Source: Catajapyx aquilonaris (taxonomy: Eukaryota). From it: a DNA stretch of 64,000 nt. This document shows positions 1-13,668 of this stretch, in pieces; the stretch's first letter is position 1, and each line of letters starts with the position of its first letter. The translations under genes were made by a program, and so were the position numbers. The stretch covers positions 1-64,000 of the forward strand of contig KZ538250.1 in the NCBI GenBank assembly GCA_000934665.2, read 5' to 3'. The notes beneath the pieces are model-generated. The model made no database searches and was not told the origin of the DNA. It saw only the letters and a list, made by a program, of their open reading frames with translations.

Positions 1-401
1 AAATCCAGCAGCTGTAACGTTGCAAAAGTCCTGACCGGCCTTCATCGCACTCTCCCCCATCCTCTCCTGCCCCCACCCGCTGATTCGTGGCAAACTAAGT
101 CCTGGCAATGCCTCGTGCTGATCCCCCCTCGCCTGGCTTGTAATCAAAATGAATCGTCTCTGGTATTGAACGTTGTGAACAGTGTTGCGAAGCATCGCCA
201 TTCAAGTGTCGCCCGGAAGATGCTCTAATGGGAACAAATTGCTTCATAAATCCACCCCCCACCCACCCTCCCCAACAGCCCCCNCACCCCCCACCCACCC
301 TCCCCAACAGCCCCCGTCTCCACAAAACACATCTTCTCATCTCGACTACACCCACCAATTCCTAGGAGCCACAATTCCCGAAATATCCTTGAAAGCGTAG
401 G

Positions 402-538
402 ATTGGTTAAGAGACTCGTTCTGCTCATTTCTATTGGCTGAAGACTCGCGTGGTTCATTCCCATTGGTGGCAGACTCGCCTGGTTCATTCCCATTGGTGA
501 CAGACTCGCTTGGCTCATTCCCATTGCCTGACAGACTC
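402..538. repeat. 30-bp minisatellite, about 4.5 imperfect copies
   Basis: Unit approximately CCATTGGTGRCAGACTCGCNTGGTTCATTC. ATTGG/ATTG recurs at 402, 433, 463, 493, 523 and AGACTC at 412, 442, 472, 502, 533. It explains the repetitive ORFs 225-524, 346-558 and 434-718. Confidence 0.9.
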
Positions 539-3500
539 AGGGCCCCCGAGATATTCAAATTTGCAATGCTTCGAACACATTTGATGAATGACCGACAGCA
601 GGTGCAAGTAACGCTATATTACAAGTATATCTCCGATTTTCCCCTCTGCTGCTGCACAACTTTTAGTTCGGGACCACAATGCCGAAATACCCCCCACTCA
701 CATATTGGAGGGTACTAGTGGTTGGCTAACTTTGAAGGGGGATTCACGGAGAGGAGTCGCAGCAATAATTTTGGGAAGCAAAATGCAGAGCCGCCCGTTG
801 AACGTGGAGCAACTATTATACTGCGCGCCAGCAATCCTTTCGCTCGTACATTACTCCTTTATGGAGATAATATATGCCGGGTAATTTGGAGCACGTGCGA
901 TACAAAAGACCTCAAACTGTTAGATGATGGAGGTGAGCCTATAAAAAGGCAATACTTCAGTAATGGTGGCCTGTGTAATCTCGGAATTGGAATAGCTCTT
1001 TCAGGGCCTGAAATATCGTCGGATGGATAAAAAAAAAGCTACTGGAGGCGGAGAGAAGGGGGGGGGGGGAAGGCGGGGAGGGAAGTTATTACATTGGACC
1101 CCAGCAGCAGCAGAATGAACAAGAAACATGCTTTTCATAGACTATAGAGTGCGGGCTTGTTTTATTGCATGCTATCATGTGTCGGGGCGGCACATATCGC
1201 GTTACTTGTTAGTTGCACTTTCGATCGACAGTTCCCTAGACGTAACTGTGAACTTGTTTGGGCAGGTTGGCGTTGTAATTGCCAGAAATCTGGCTTCGTA
1301 ACGGTCGGAGGTGGCTATTTGCTTTTATATTCTCACGAAATGATGGAGTCGTTGTGGGAGGGACTGGGCAGCTCGGTGGTATCGGTCATAACAGTGTCGT
1401 TGTGTACCGGCTGCGAGGCTGGGATATTGTGATGCTGTGAGATTGAACAATCAATCCGCGCCTACAGTTCTTTCGGAGCAATCGATTACAATTTCCGTAA
1501 TTGCAGGGGTTTAATGTGAGGGGCTGACAGTAATTCTGGGCTGGAGCTCTCAGATTTTCAGTGATTATTTGCTTCTGTCACTCGCTTTGTGCTTCTGATG
1601 AATGCCGGATATTTGTCCCCCCAACTGACGTCATAGATTATATAATAGACTGGAATATGCATGGGCCCTACTGGAAATGAAGTTGTGTGGTCAAGTAATG
1701 GTCAATTGAAGAGTGCACAGGTAAAATAATGGCCTGATCCAGAAATAACGAAATTGGGATGCTGCTAGGAGAGTAATTGTGCATGTGGACATTGCGGTCC
1801 AGTGAGCAGGGCTGTGTCAAATGGTGAAGTCATAATAGTAAAAATTAATTGCCTAATGCGGGATAATTAGTAAAAAATGGGTTTAGCATGCAAAAGCGGG
1901 CTTGAAATTATGCAATTATACAGAAGTAATGTACAATATTGAAACTTTATTCAGTGTACTCTGGAGGCATTGGTTTTGACAGGCATCAGGTAAATTCTGA
2001 CCAACCAAATTAGTGTTATAAAATTGGACGGATAAATACTGATCAAACGATGAGATATCATGGATGACTTTGAAAGCTTTTGCATTATGACTAATGTGTT
2101 TACAGGGGATTCTCTATAATGTTGGAATCACAATGGGTCGTCAACTCTGTTGTCAACACCATTGCCAAGACATAGTCTGTCGATAATTGGTATAATCGAC
2201 CGGCAAACCTATGCCATATTTTGGTAATTGATGTATGGGCTGTCGATGTTTATGTTTCAGATGTAGACATTAAAAATATCGATAGCCGATACGTCGACAC
2301 ACACTATTTATTGTTTCGCCGATTACGACCGTTCAGATTTATCATATGGACAGTGTGAATAGTGGCAGTCGACATGCGGCCGAATGAATATGGGTATTTG
2401 AGGCTCCCTTGATTTCAAGGAGGGAAATGTGATTACGTATATGAAATTTACCATTCTTGTCTATGTACAATGCCGACGGGAAATCATAGGCAACGGAAGC
2501 GGAAATTGCTACAATCATGAACCGGAAATACCCGCCCCCCTTATTGGATAGGCGACCATCACATTGCAAACCAACGATATACCAACGCACCTGTTTTGAG
2601 ACCCTCATTAATTTCACTCTACACTAGATTCCTATGTTTGAAACTGAGCATGGAAAATGCTATTCCACACACACAACTGACACAGACAGACACGATGGCG
2701 CGGTAATGGTCGCATGGTACATACATGACACGTAACGCAGTCAACTGTAAATCTAGGTGCGAACGCCAGCCAAGGGCTGTAACTATGGTGTTGGAAGCGC
2801 TCACGGTGACGCTGATGGCTGTCATAACTGGCAATCTGTTGTGGGTCAGGATCTAAACGAGGGACCATAACATCCCAAGAGGAGAGGGATGAGCGGGGGG
2901 GGTGTTCAAATAGTGTGCAGTGTAATATTGGGGGTGTGAGTTGGAAGGGGGTGGAAAGTATACGAGCTTTGCCGATTTTCAGGCCGATTGGAATCGAGGG
3001 TTTGAGGGAGAGCCGGGGGAGGTAGGGGGTGGAGGGAGACCAGCAATCAGCAGAGCATCCGCATTTTCCCAGAGCTCCAAGGCGCCGCCCTAAATGATGA
3101 GATCGATCACTTGACTGCTAGCGTGCTAGGAATTTATATCCGAGCAGAGGGCAATGTCAGATTTTCAACCCCATTGATAGTCAGAGAGGAGGAATGGGAG
3201 GGATTGGAACCCTCCAAATCTTTTTTCCCTAGTTTTGTACACTACAATGTGTTATTTTTTATCTGGTATTTGGATAGGACCAAAAAATGTTCGGGGGTTT
3301 GCAACAGAGCAGTTTATAAAACAGCTTTCACGGGGAATCTGCCCGTAAACCGATCAGCCTGTACTCCCAGTTTTTTTTTCATTAAATTTTTAATAAGTTA
3401 TTATCGGAATTTACGCACCACTGCTTCCCTCACTGGTCGCCACACATTTTTTACTGTCTCCCTCCGGTTTTCAATTTGCGGATTCTTGACGCGACACATT

Positions 3501-5417
3501 TTACAAGGGTACTTGCATCAAAAAGTTGCGGTCGTGTGGTGCGGATGATGCGGCTCGGGGTGAAACTTAGCGAGAAAAGAGACCGCAGCAGGTTGTGTCA
3601 TGACATGGTCACAGCAGGATAAACTCTTAGTGACCTATACCCATCCCCTATGTTTTTTTATATATCAAAAATAGGAACAAGAGCGGTAATAATGATGCTG
3701 AAAAACGGCAGAACATATTCCCATGCACCGAAAAGTTTGGTGGTGGTGGCGTTGAAAATGTCAGAAGCAAAGGCTTTGCAATTATACACTGACGCTATCT
3801 TTTGTGCGCCTCCCATCCCAGCAGCCGGTCTGGAGCTCATCAACTCAGCTGGTGCACAAACCATGCAATGTGTACGTGCTTGTATGCAAACAACTATCCT
3901 ACTCCTTGGTCAAATTTTGGAGGTGGATTTTGTAGCGTCCAACTTGACTTGGATCCGCAAACCTCAAACCTATGTATACACACGGACTGGATAGCTGGCA
4001 AAGACGGATGATGATGGACGAGGAACCAAATGAATAAAGGAGTGGGCGAAGGGCCTCAGGGGGCCAAGACAGATCACTGGTTGTTGGGACACACGTACTC
4101 TGGTTATCTATTTGACGAGGGGAAAGAGGATTATGTGCTTCAGGGGCCGAACTGATCGCGTCTGGCCGCCATGTTTAGTTCTGGATGGCATGGTCGGGGT
4201 AGGGACACATCAAGATCAGACTGCGGACGGGGCAAGTTAAGCCAATGATGTTGCGCCTTAGGGGGTAAATTGGTGGGAATGGTGGGGTGGGACTGTGTGG
4301 GACATAATTTATTGCATTAGGGAAGTTTTACCGCTGGACCCCGAGTTCGGATTCTAAACAGTGACAAGCCCGGTCTGTAACAACTAACCGAGACCGGGCG
4401 CTCTTTCATGTTCGTCACACCATAATTCATTATGCCATCATTCACTCTGATTTTTAATTCAATCGGTGTAAATTAGCGCGGTCGTTATTCGTTAATCGGC
4501 ATTAAATGCAATTGTCACGGATCTTGATGCCGTGCTATACTCCTCGTAAAACGCAGGTTGATGGTGTGCCGAGTGGAGAGCATGGTTTGCAAGCAAAGGC
4601 TAACGCGCCCTATTCAGCACTGCAGGTGTGATCATATCTGATGAAATAATGTCCCACTGGTAGCCAAATGTCACCAGATAGTAATAGGAGCACACATAGG
4701 TATTGTTTGTTCTGTTTACGATTATTATGGCGACTGACTATCTAATTTCAATATTGCAATGATGACACGATGAAAAAGTCATGATAATGAAACCTTTGCG
4801 TCTTCGAAAGCGATTTAGCTGTAGAATGTGGTGGGTCAACAGCGCCTTCTCTGAGGTTGGTTAAGGTAATATACCTCGAAAGGTCCAATAAAATCACAAG
4901 CACATGCAAATGAATCGGCACAATTTTTAAGGCATTTTTAATGGTTTGTTGCCGGCTGACATTTGACCTGAAAGGCCCTAGTATTAGGTTTTTGGTCTGG
5001 GGCCAGGCTCTACCTCGGTGGAAATCTTGATTTATTCAATAGCCCCATGAACAAGACATCGAATCTGGAAAGAATTCCAAAATAATGAATCTGGCGTATT
5101 TTTAACTTTCGTTTAATTACATGCAATCGCCAGTTGTAAGTACTCGATAATACACCAGTGAAGTGGCCCTAAATATAGAGGTTGAGTGGGATAGTGGTGC
5201 TCTGGTGGTCGCAAAAGAGCCACTTTTCTGTGTACCTACTAACCCAAAGGGGCATTTTCGGTAAGATGTAAAGCTCTCTCTACTACGGCGAGGGTGAATT
5301 GGTTATCTAACTTTTCGAGATGAGCCTGAAGGTCGTTTATCATACTCGGGGAAAGTAGATTTCAGAATTAGGCTCGTGTGGAAAAATGCATTCACAGGGC
5401 TCTAAATTGGATTTCAC

Positions 5418-5420
<3 letters not shown>

Positions 5421-5474
<54 letters not shown>
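5421..5474. repeat. (AAT)18 microsatellite
   Basis: Perfect trinucleotide run read directly. Confidence 0.97.
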
Positions 5475-5475
<1 letters not shown>

Positions 5476-8400
5476 TGTCACTTTAGTGTACTTTAGCAAC
5501 TGGCAATAGTTATAGTGTAAAAATAACAGTTTGCAGTTAAACTATGACTAGCCGCGAGCCAAAGGCAGTAGGCCTACACATTATACAGTACTTTCGCATA
5601 TTTTTTGCTGTCCAATTTGTTCCCGGCTGGAGATAATATTGCTCGTTTCATTGCACTATATTGCGTGTATTCATCAAGTGCAAGGGATAATTTGGACCAA
5701 TCAATTATTATCAAACAGGAGTGATGATGCCGCTCGGTTAAATGTACAGTGCGAATAAATGTTTCAGACTAACTTTCCCCAAAATAATGACCGAGGTCAA
5801 GTTCCAATGAAATTGATGATCGAGCTATCCGCATATAACAAATTAATTGTACGATATTAGGCCAGTGACGCGGGCAGTTTAAGATTTATGTAGGTGAATA
5901 ATGGTTAGGATTTTCTTCACATTATAACATAACTTCAGTGATGTATTTAATCTATTTGCATTTATCTTTAATGACAGCAGTTTTTTAAGGTGCCCCTATA
6001 TGGTCCATAAATACTCGTACAATTTCAGTAAGAATGCCACATTACTGTTATCTCAAATTGGCTATTATTACCGATTATTACTTTTCCGCATTGTAAAGCC
6101 AGCTAGGTCATTCCTATATCAATGGGAATAAACCATCGTTTCTTTTTTTTTTTCTCCTGCTACATACACAACAGACGAACCAGAAAAATATAACTTTCTG
6201 CCATCATGCACCTTGATTTTGACTCATTGAATACCTGCATATTATGCTCATTCAATTGATCCAGTTTAGATATCTGCCATCACAGCACAATGTGAAAGTG
6301 TAAGACGTGCGTCGTTTGGCCTACGTTCTGACAAGTCGTTCCATAAATCTGGATGAGATGAAAATAATAGGATAGGCAGTCTTCGTAGCTTTACCCGAAT
6401 CAAGGTGAGATCTCGTATCTACTACCAGGTTCCTATAACTTCCGAAGGGCGTGAAAGGTACAGAGTCCCGTTACATGAAGGAAGGGAATGAACTAGTTGC
6501 GTGAGGAGAGGGCGGAGGATTTTTGCGCAACAAGTCTACGTACGGAATTGCTGACGAAAAAGAGAATCTAACTCGTCTTTTCTACACCTGCCCCGCTAGA
6601 CTGGGGTACAGGTCAAACCGGATTTACGTGGACCAAGCCCACCAATGGAGCATCGATGCAGCATCTGCTACGCTCCTTCTGATAATGAATTTTCACAGCT
6701 GTTTTCATTAGGGATATAAATTAGGCGTAATTGAGCCTGAAGTTATTAGTGATTCTTGCGTTCATGTTGGTTTCATATGTGTTTGAAAATATATGTTTAA
6801 TGAAATGAAGAGGCCGTCAAAAATTGATGCATATTTTACTGAACAGTTTGAATATTGATGGTTTGTGAAATTTTTTGTTGAAATGACTCAATTGTATACA
6901 TTTTAACGTGATCAAACAACTCGGTGGCTTCTATTGGAATATATGCCTGAGTTTCAATACAAAATTCTGTGTGCTGTGCGTAATTTAAATACACTGCTTC
7001 CACGTGATTTCCCCCGATTGAGAATCAGCATTTTGACCAACTATAGCACTGCCGTTTGAGTAGAATAATGCATTTGCCGTATAGGTTAGAATCAGCGATA
7101 TTCGCTCGACTAACATAGATTCCGCTTACATCACCTTATCTAAGTACTGTAACATTATTTCAATGCATCAGTGGAGAACGTGCTTACCGAGCGAAATATT
7201 ATTCACGCTGCTTTGCTCTCCAGTTCTCCCTATGAATAACAAAATTTCCAGATAACAAATTGTACGGATGAAACAAATCAGTAAGTCTGGCAATGGAGTC
7301 ACGTCCGCATAGGGGGAAAAAGCGATGAGTTGTTACCCACATTTATAAATCGGTTTGATAGCCGTTGGTTTTTTTTTTGTAACTTTGGAAAGTTATCTTT
7401 GGACTGGATTTGTGAGTTCCATCGTTTTAAATTTTATTTGTAATTTTAAAATGCACAGTAAATAATTTGTGCACCCCAATGAAAATACATTGAACTCGAC
7501 TGACATGATTGTAATCAGAATAAAAATATTTTAAACCAAGGCACAACTTAGCCTCAAGCAGCAATATTACAGTTATGATTGTAATAGCAGGTGTGCCTTA
7601 GCGATAATATCAATTATTGTGCTGCAGTTAGTCTAAATGGTCTCACGGGAAAGACAAGGTCCAAGGAATGGTGAGCCTGTGAAAGTTGACTGCTTCCAAT
7701 GAGTTGCACATCAAGTTTACGGATTTCCTTGACCTGTTGAAATCCTTGTGGATTCTGCAGTGCAGGGCGGTTGCCCAAGCTGGATGCAAGGTTCCTTTCA
7801 GTTTTGTTTCTTTTTTATGATTTTTTTCTCCCTCGCCATGCAAATGCAACGGATCAGTCCGTATTTTCCCGCGACTTCAAGGAGTGGCTAACTTTCTGGA
7901 AAACGTACAACCTGCCATTTCTCCAGCCACTTCTGGCCCAGTTTTTCAATGGAGCTAGTTTTCCCACCGGATGGAACAGTTTTGGGAAGTCTTTAAGTGC
8001 AGTCGGTGGGTCAGTCGTCAAAATATACTCACACTGTAATCTACAGTATGTAGAGAGAGAAGAAAATTCGGATAAAAAGCAGTTGGTTCCCGTATTCAAT
8101 CCAGTGTCATAGGACAGCGTGGGATAAGTTCTCACGGTGCTTCCCGAGGGATTTGGCACAATACATTTCCGAGGGACTGGGTGCTGCTAGACAAAAAGCT
8201 TCCTCCTAATCTCGCTGTCCGCCTAATCGCGTCAAAGAATTACGGGATAGTCCGTCTGTCTGTCTACATGTTTGTCTCCTCCGAAGAGAATATCTTTAAT
8301 AGACGATTTATTTTGACTGTTCGGTTGCTGGTCAACAACTCTTATCATATAGCTTTTCAGATTATCAGAAGGCTGGACGTGTTGAGCAATATTCAGGATC

Positions 8401-9967
8401 CACTGATCTGAGGGTCAGATGCGCGCATTTGGCTGGTGAGCTTTCAACCAATCAGCGGCCAGATGTTCTCGTAAAGTGGCCTTACCGATCCATGAGCTGG
8501 CGGCATATTCGGAAAAGTCATTCAGCCAAGTCCTGATTGTACAAAGAACTCCTCCAAAGTTATACCACTGTGCGTTTACATTACCGCCTTTTAACTAATT
8601 GGGAAAATGACTGATTTGCCCCGAAGAACCAAAACTACACAGCTGACTGAGCACAAGGAAAGCGATTATTGGCTGCCCGAGGCCAACAGCAACAAAGCCC
8701 GTGTTTTCCGGATTGTAGAAAAAGAGAAAGATCCAGCTGAAGCTAGCTACAGCCAGACCCATTTTCATGGCAGAAACCGGCCATCTATATCAGTATTTTG
8801 CTTACGTCTGCTGTCCTGAACGAACACCATGCTTCAGTCGAACCATACCGGTATCGCCATTTTCTTTCTTCTGTTCTTTAAAAAAGTCGCTGCGAGTAAC
8901 ATGTTTCGTTCTTTCGTTTACCTCAGCGTGCAGCCTGAGCGACGAGCAGGGGGCTACAAGTATTTCGCATTAGTAGCGATCGCGAAAATTCCAGGGGCTT
9001 GCAAGTAGGCTTCGGTGCTGGTGCATTAGAGGAAAAGCACGAGAAGTGTATTGATTGTGCTTTGCAAGTGCAACGTAACTCGGGGGGGGGGGGGGTGAGG
9101 GTGGAGATGGGGAATCTGCTGCCTATACTGTTTTAAGGTTGCAAAGCTGAGGGGTTGTTGGGTGGGTTTGTCGGTTTTCAGGGGTTGTACCTCCCCTCTA
9201 CCCCCACTCCATTTGTACAAGTTTGATTCACGGCCGATTAAAATCGTCTCATATTCTGTGAATTATGGCCGAACTTCTCGACCCTTGTGGCCTAACAAAG
9301 TTTGTAGGCTGCTGGCTGTTACTGGTGCAGTCTGCTCAGTTCATTCGGAACTAGATGGTGGTCTGCGGTTAGAGGCATTGACTCACTTGTAAACAAACAG
9401 GCGTATCCGGCGTGACCAATATGGTGCGCTACCAGTGGATTTTTTTTTCATTTAATTTTTTTTGTCTAAGCCGAAAGTTACTCGGTTTTGAACAGTTATA
9501 TCGGAACCACTATTGAAAACCCATTACATGAGTACCAGAACTTTTTTCTCTCTCTTTTCTACAACATATGGGAATCTGATATCAGCTCTCAGCAAATATT
9601 ACATAAGCAAGAACTGCACTTAAAATAATTCCTCTAAATTTATTATTATGACCCCATGGGTAATCACAGAATGCTTGGCCTCTCTGCGCCACCTGGTTGT
9701 AATTAACCAAACCACACTTATGCTTATGCTCTCACATTTTTTTGCAATTTACTGTCGACCAAAGCTGGCAGTTTCATCGGGGTTGGAGTCGTGTGCCAGA
9801 GTCGTGACCTCTCTCGCGTCCAAATTGTGACCAAGTTGGATCCTTGCCTATCTCTTGTCTATGTTGTCAAGTGGCGAACACTAGTGAGCGCGATCGCAGC
9901 CACACGTAGCCGAATTTATACACGCGTATTTGAGGAAAGTGAGACGAAGTGAATTGCTGGAGGAGCC

Positions 9968-10039
9968 AAGGAGGAAGGAAGGAAGCAAGGAAGGAAGGAA
10001 GGAAGGAAGGAAGGAAGGAAGCAAGCAGGCAGGGAGGAA
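9968..10039. repeat. (GGAA)n imperfect tetranucleotide / polypurine tract
   Basis: GGAA/GCAA tandem run read directly. Confidence 0.9.
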
Positions 10040-13000
10040 TGGTTGGAAATGCTAACAAACTTGAGCAAACTTTCGTGTGTCTGGAAGGGTGCAGTTAATT
10101 ACCGTAAGCTGCGTGAAATCTTACAAGACAGGCAAAGTTTGAATTGCCATAACGTAAGTTGGGTAGAGCAAGCTCAGCTATGGAAAATTTTCCCTGGGCC
10201 TATTCCGCCTATTATTTAGGCCTGAAGCATGGCTTAGGCCAGGGTGGCTCCAATTTGTCGAGATGTTCATTCGTCTATGTAGGTAAAGTGTAACCTTCTC
10301 GGGCTTTATTCGTTCTTTGTCTATTTCATTTTTGGCCCTGAAGGCTTCCAATATCGCACAACTCTCAAAGCTCGCTTAAACGTAGCTTAGCGTCGTGCTA
10401 ATTATTTATCTTAAGCCGGAGCAATCTTCATTCACTTCCGCGCTAATTATAAGGGATCTTAGTAGAGCTAATTGACATTCCCCCACGTTACGCTTTTATG
10501 TCAAGTCCCGCACGAACAAAAGCCTTCCATTGCAACATGAATGAGGGACTTTGGACCTAAGACGTAGACTACATTTTTCCTTTGTTCGGTGCTGAGACAC
10601 CCTATGATTTACAAGGGTGATTCTGCAACAGGGGGGTACCGCGCCTATAATAACCAATTTTGCCTGCCTCGTTGGATATTCCGGAAACATCGATGCTAAT
10701 TTGGCCATTAAAAATACCCGGTAATTAATCGGTGACTGAACCAGTTTTCAATTCATGCCGTGGCTAACTAATTTTGCACTTGACGAAAAAAATAGGCCCT
10801 ACTAATTGGATATCCAACACCAATGATGACTTTTTTCACGCGTCAGTAGACCACCCGAGGTGAACTACTGTAATAATGAAAGTATTTTTTTGTGGACCCT
10901 ACTCTTTGTTGTGTTAGCCAAGAAGGGCTATATGTGGAAAGCAGTGGTATATATGTAGGTTCAGGACCGTTAATGTAAGTCTAAGTAGAAGTCTCCCCTG
11001 TCACGAACAGTAACACTGGCTTCACCCCCACCACAAGCGTGGCTTTGTCCAGCACGTGTCACGGTTGCCACCCTACCAGGATACATGGGAATTTCAGCGA
11101 GATTTGTCCAGCTGTTAACACTTGCCAGCTCTGATTTTCCTCCGCTTGCTGCCTCAATATTCCCCACCGCTCCACTAAGACGATTACCATACTTGCTGCT
11201 GCCAGAGTGGAGTTTCTCAGCCCAGCGAACACCAAATACTTTCCACCAAACTCGGCATCCTCTCCGCTGCCAACTTGCCATCTTTCTGTACTCCCTGGCT
11301 GCAGCACCCGTCGCAAAACGTGTAATTAGACTAGAGAGACTGTCACTATGAGCCACGATCTGGGCCGCATAAATAATTTCCGAGTTCAAAGACAAGTTTC
11401 AGGATTGGGATGATTGCACTTAGAGCGGACATAGCCAATTTATTCCGTCCATCCAAGGGATAAAACGGCGTTGAGTTAGGAGCTACTCACACAAGAAGCT
11501 TTGCGTGGGGAAATTCAGGATTTGCCAACTTGATCGTCCTCTGCTGCTTCTCTTTGTACCCTTGTTTGTGCTGCTTTTACATGCCGATTTATGCTCAATT
11601 GCTCCCACAAATGGGGAAATAATTGCCATTCAGTTTACGTGCGCATGTATGCGCTTGTGAACAGAATACTTGAGCGGCAGGGCCATGTTTTTGGATCCCC
11701 ATGCCTGTTCAAGGAGAGTGAGACAGAGAGAACATCGATATTGTATTTCCACACACACGACCTAACGCTTGGATCCACACCCCCTCACCAATTGAAAACT
11801 CTGCCTGCCAACTAAACCATTCACTACAACCCAGTTCAGCCTGCAATACAAATGATCCAGCCCCAAACAACAATTCCGTCCAACTTGTCGCGCCGCACAA
11901 AAATACTGTCCCCAATCAGTATTTTGTACCCGTTAATAGCCGCGTTTCATGTCTCGACTGATGAACGCTTGTGAATGAACAAAAGTTGTGGACAAGAGGA
12001 TTCTCTTCTCTCTCTCTGTGTGTGTGTATACCACCATCGGAAGCTGAGTGATGAGTTGAGTGAAGCTTCCGCATGGCTTTAACTCTCTCGAGCTGGATGT
12101 TCCACCCAGCAGCAGGCCCGGACGAATGTCAATGAGGCGTGCTCAAATCACGACTGTGCCGGACCTGCTTGACTGCTCAACACTCAAATATTGTTCCGAC
12201 AGACTTTGCATTGCAACCAGACGTGTGACGGGAAAAGGTTGCCGGCCAGGGAGGGAGGTCGAGGGGAAAGCAGGAGGAATGATGTCACATTTTTTACATC
12301 CCTTTCCAAAAAATGGATGTTTAGTCGGGTCAGGGAGCTTATTTATAACGACTAGATGCCGGCAGTGTTTTATGGAAGAAGAAATGTTAGCTATACATTT
12401 TTTCATACCATAGCCTACTATGGAACACGCTGAATTTTTGCTTATAAAATTCATAAGCTTCAATAAAAATGAATATGCATGAAAATAATACGCGGTACTT
12501 GACAACTAACTATGAATGTCACATATCGGCAAAAAAGTGCACCATTTTTTCTCTCCAAATGTTCTAGCAGGCAGGCTAGCTCCAGTCCATTTGCAGGGGC
12601 ATTGTTGAAGCGAATTTCAAAGGCAGGAAAGCTGGCCAGTAAAGTCGAGATGATGAGGCAGAATCGGGGGAGCAGAGACGCAAGAGCCTGGCAGCAGGAA
12701 ACAGTTGATTTGAGCAGAGTGCAATGATGGGGAATGAGGCGAGGGAAAGAGCGGTCGCACTGCTCAACGAATGATGGGAGGAGGATGGGAGGGAGGGAAG
12801 GCAGGGGATGGAGGAGAACCAGGGACGGGGGTTGCACCAGTTTAGCCTGTTTCCAACATCAATCCAGTTCAAACGTGGATTATTCCCTCAAATCACTCTT
12901 TGTTGTTAATGGTTCGCTTTTGGGTTGTATTGTCAAGTTGTATTGTCTTTCCACTTGTTTAGGATGTGGGATACAGGATCACTTCTGGTGTTCTGAAAGT

Positions 13001-13051
13001 GACAAGTTGCGTGGATGTGGAATAAAATTCTCTGCTTATATATGCTGCATA

Positions 13052-13057
13052 TTTATT
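13052..13057 (-). terminator. Polyadenylation signal AATAAA of the - strand Gly-rich secreted protein gene
   Basis: TTTATT on + at 13052-13057, about 55 nt downstream of the TAA stop at 13113-13111. Confidence 0.7.
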
Positions 13058-13110
13058 AACTATAGAGAGGAAATTGGGTACTGATCATGTAGGTGCATAT
13101 CGGTCACTTG

Positions 13111-13419
13111 TTACGAAGTAGTAGATTCTCCTTGGGAGGCGGCTGTTGTAGATGATTCGTTGTTTTGGGAAGTGGTGGATTGGTCGCCTGAGCCCGCTGC
13201 AGTGGTAGTGCCAGCTGCGGTCGTGGTAGTTGTTTTGCAGCCTTTGCCCTTGCCTCTGCCGCCCCTGCCTCTGCCGCCCCTGCCCCTGCCGCCCCAGCCC
13301 CAGCCTCTACCTCCGCCTCTACCTCCGCCTCCGAACCAACCCCAGGGTCCGAGACGAAATCCGCCTCCAAACCCACCGTCTACTCCTGTATCTTCATCTT
13401 CACGACGCTGAGCGAAGGC
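13111..13419 (-). CDS. Exon 2 (terminal) of a small secreted Gly/Arg/Trp-rich protein with a Thr/Ser-rich tail
   Basis: Acceptor ...ttacttttgccag|GCC (phase 0). Open frame to TAA: AFAQRREDEDTGVDGGFGGGFRLGPWGWFGGGGRGGGRGWGWGGRGRGGRGRGGRGKGKGCKTTTTTAAGTTTAAGSGDQSTTSQNNESSTTAASQGESTTS*. Gly and Thr use mixed synonymous codons, as expected of coding sequence rather than a simple repeat. Confidence 0.85.
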   Translation of the reverse strand, partial: AFAQRREDEDTGVDGGFGGGFRLGPWGWFGGGGRGGGRGWGWGGRGRGGRGRGGRGKGKGCKTTTTTAAGTTTAAGSGDQSTTSQNNESSTTAASQGESTTS

Positions 13420-13642
13420 CTGGCAAAAGTAATGTTACATTCGGTTACACTACTAATCTTAGGTCCGGTAACACCGCCTTCAAAATTTTTGGCAACTACG
13501 AATAACAAACTTTTCTGACCCTTTTCCAACCGTATAATTTATTTTACTTGAGGCGATGCAATCTTAGGACCGGTTTTATGAATAAAAATTAACACAAACT
13601 GCGAGTTAGTCTCCACAGAAATACTAGCAATAAATGGAAACG

Positions 13643-13668
13643 AACTCTAGACTCTAGAGTCTAGAGTT
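13643..13668. repeat. 26-bp perfect palindrome AACTCTAGACTCTAGAGTCTAGAGTT
   Basis: Sequence equals its own reverse complement; lies in the intron of the - strand small gene. Confidence 0.9.

Noticed and set aside
95..400. Gly-rich and Pro-rich ORFs at the window start
   Set aside because: They derive from a C-rich low-complexity tract containing an N, with no splice or start context and no domain similarity.
13111..13235. Idea that the small protein's Ser/Thr tail is a canonical FAM20C substrate
   Set aside because: None of its eight tail serines sits in an S-x-E motif; only a weak S-G-D is present. A host-substrate link is not supported by sequence.
13160..13505. Pro-rich (13160-13411 +), Cys/Pro-rich (13230-13505 +) and Ala/Glu-rich (13104-13376 -) ORFs in the track
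   Set aside because: They are shadow frames of the Gly-rich - strand exon. Only the Gly-rich frame has a matching acceptor, an upstream signal-peptide exon, a promoter and a polyA signal.
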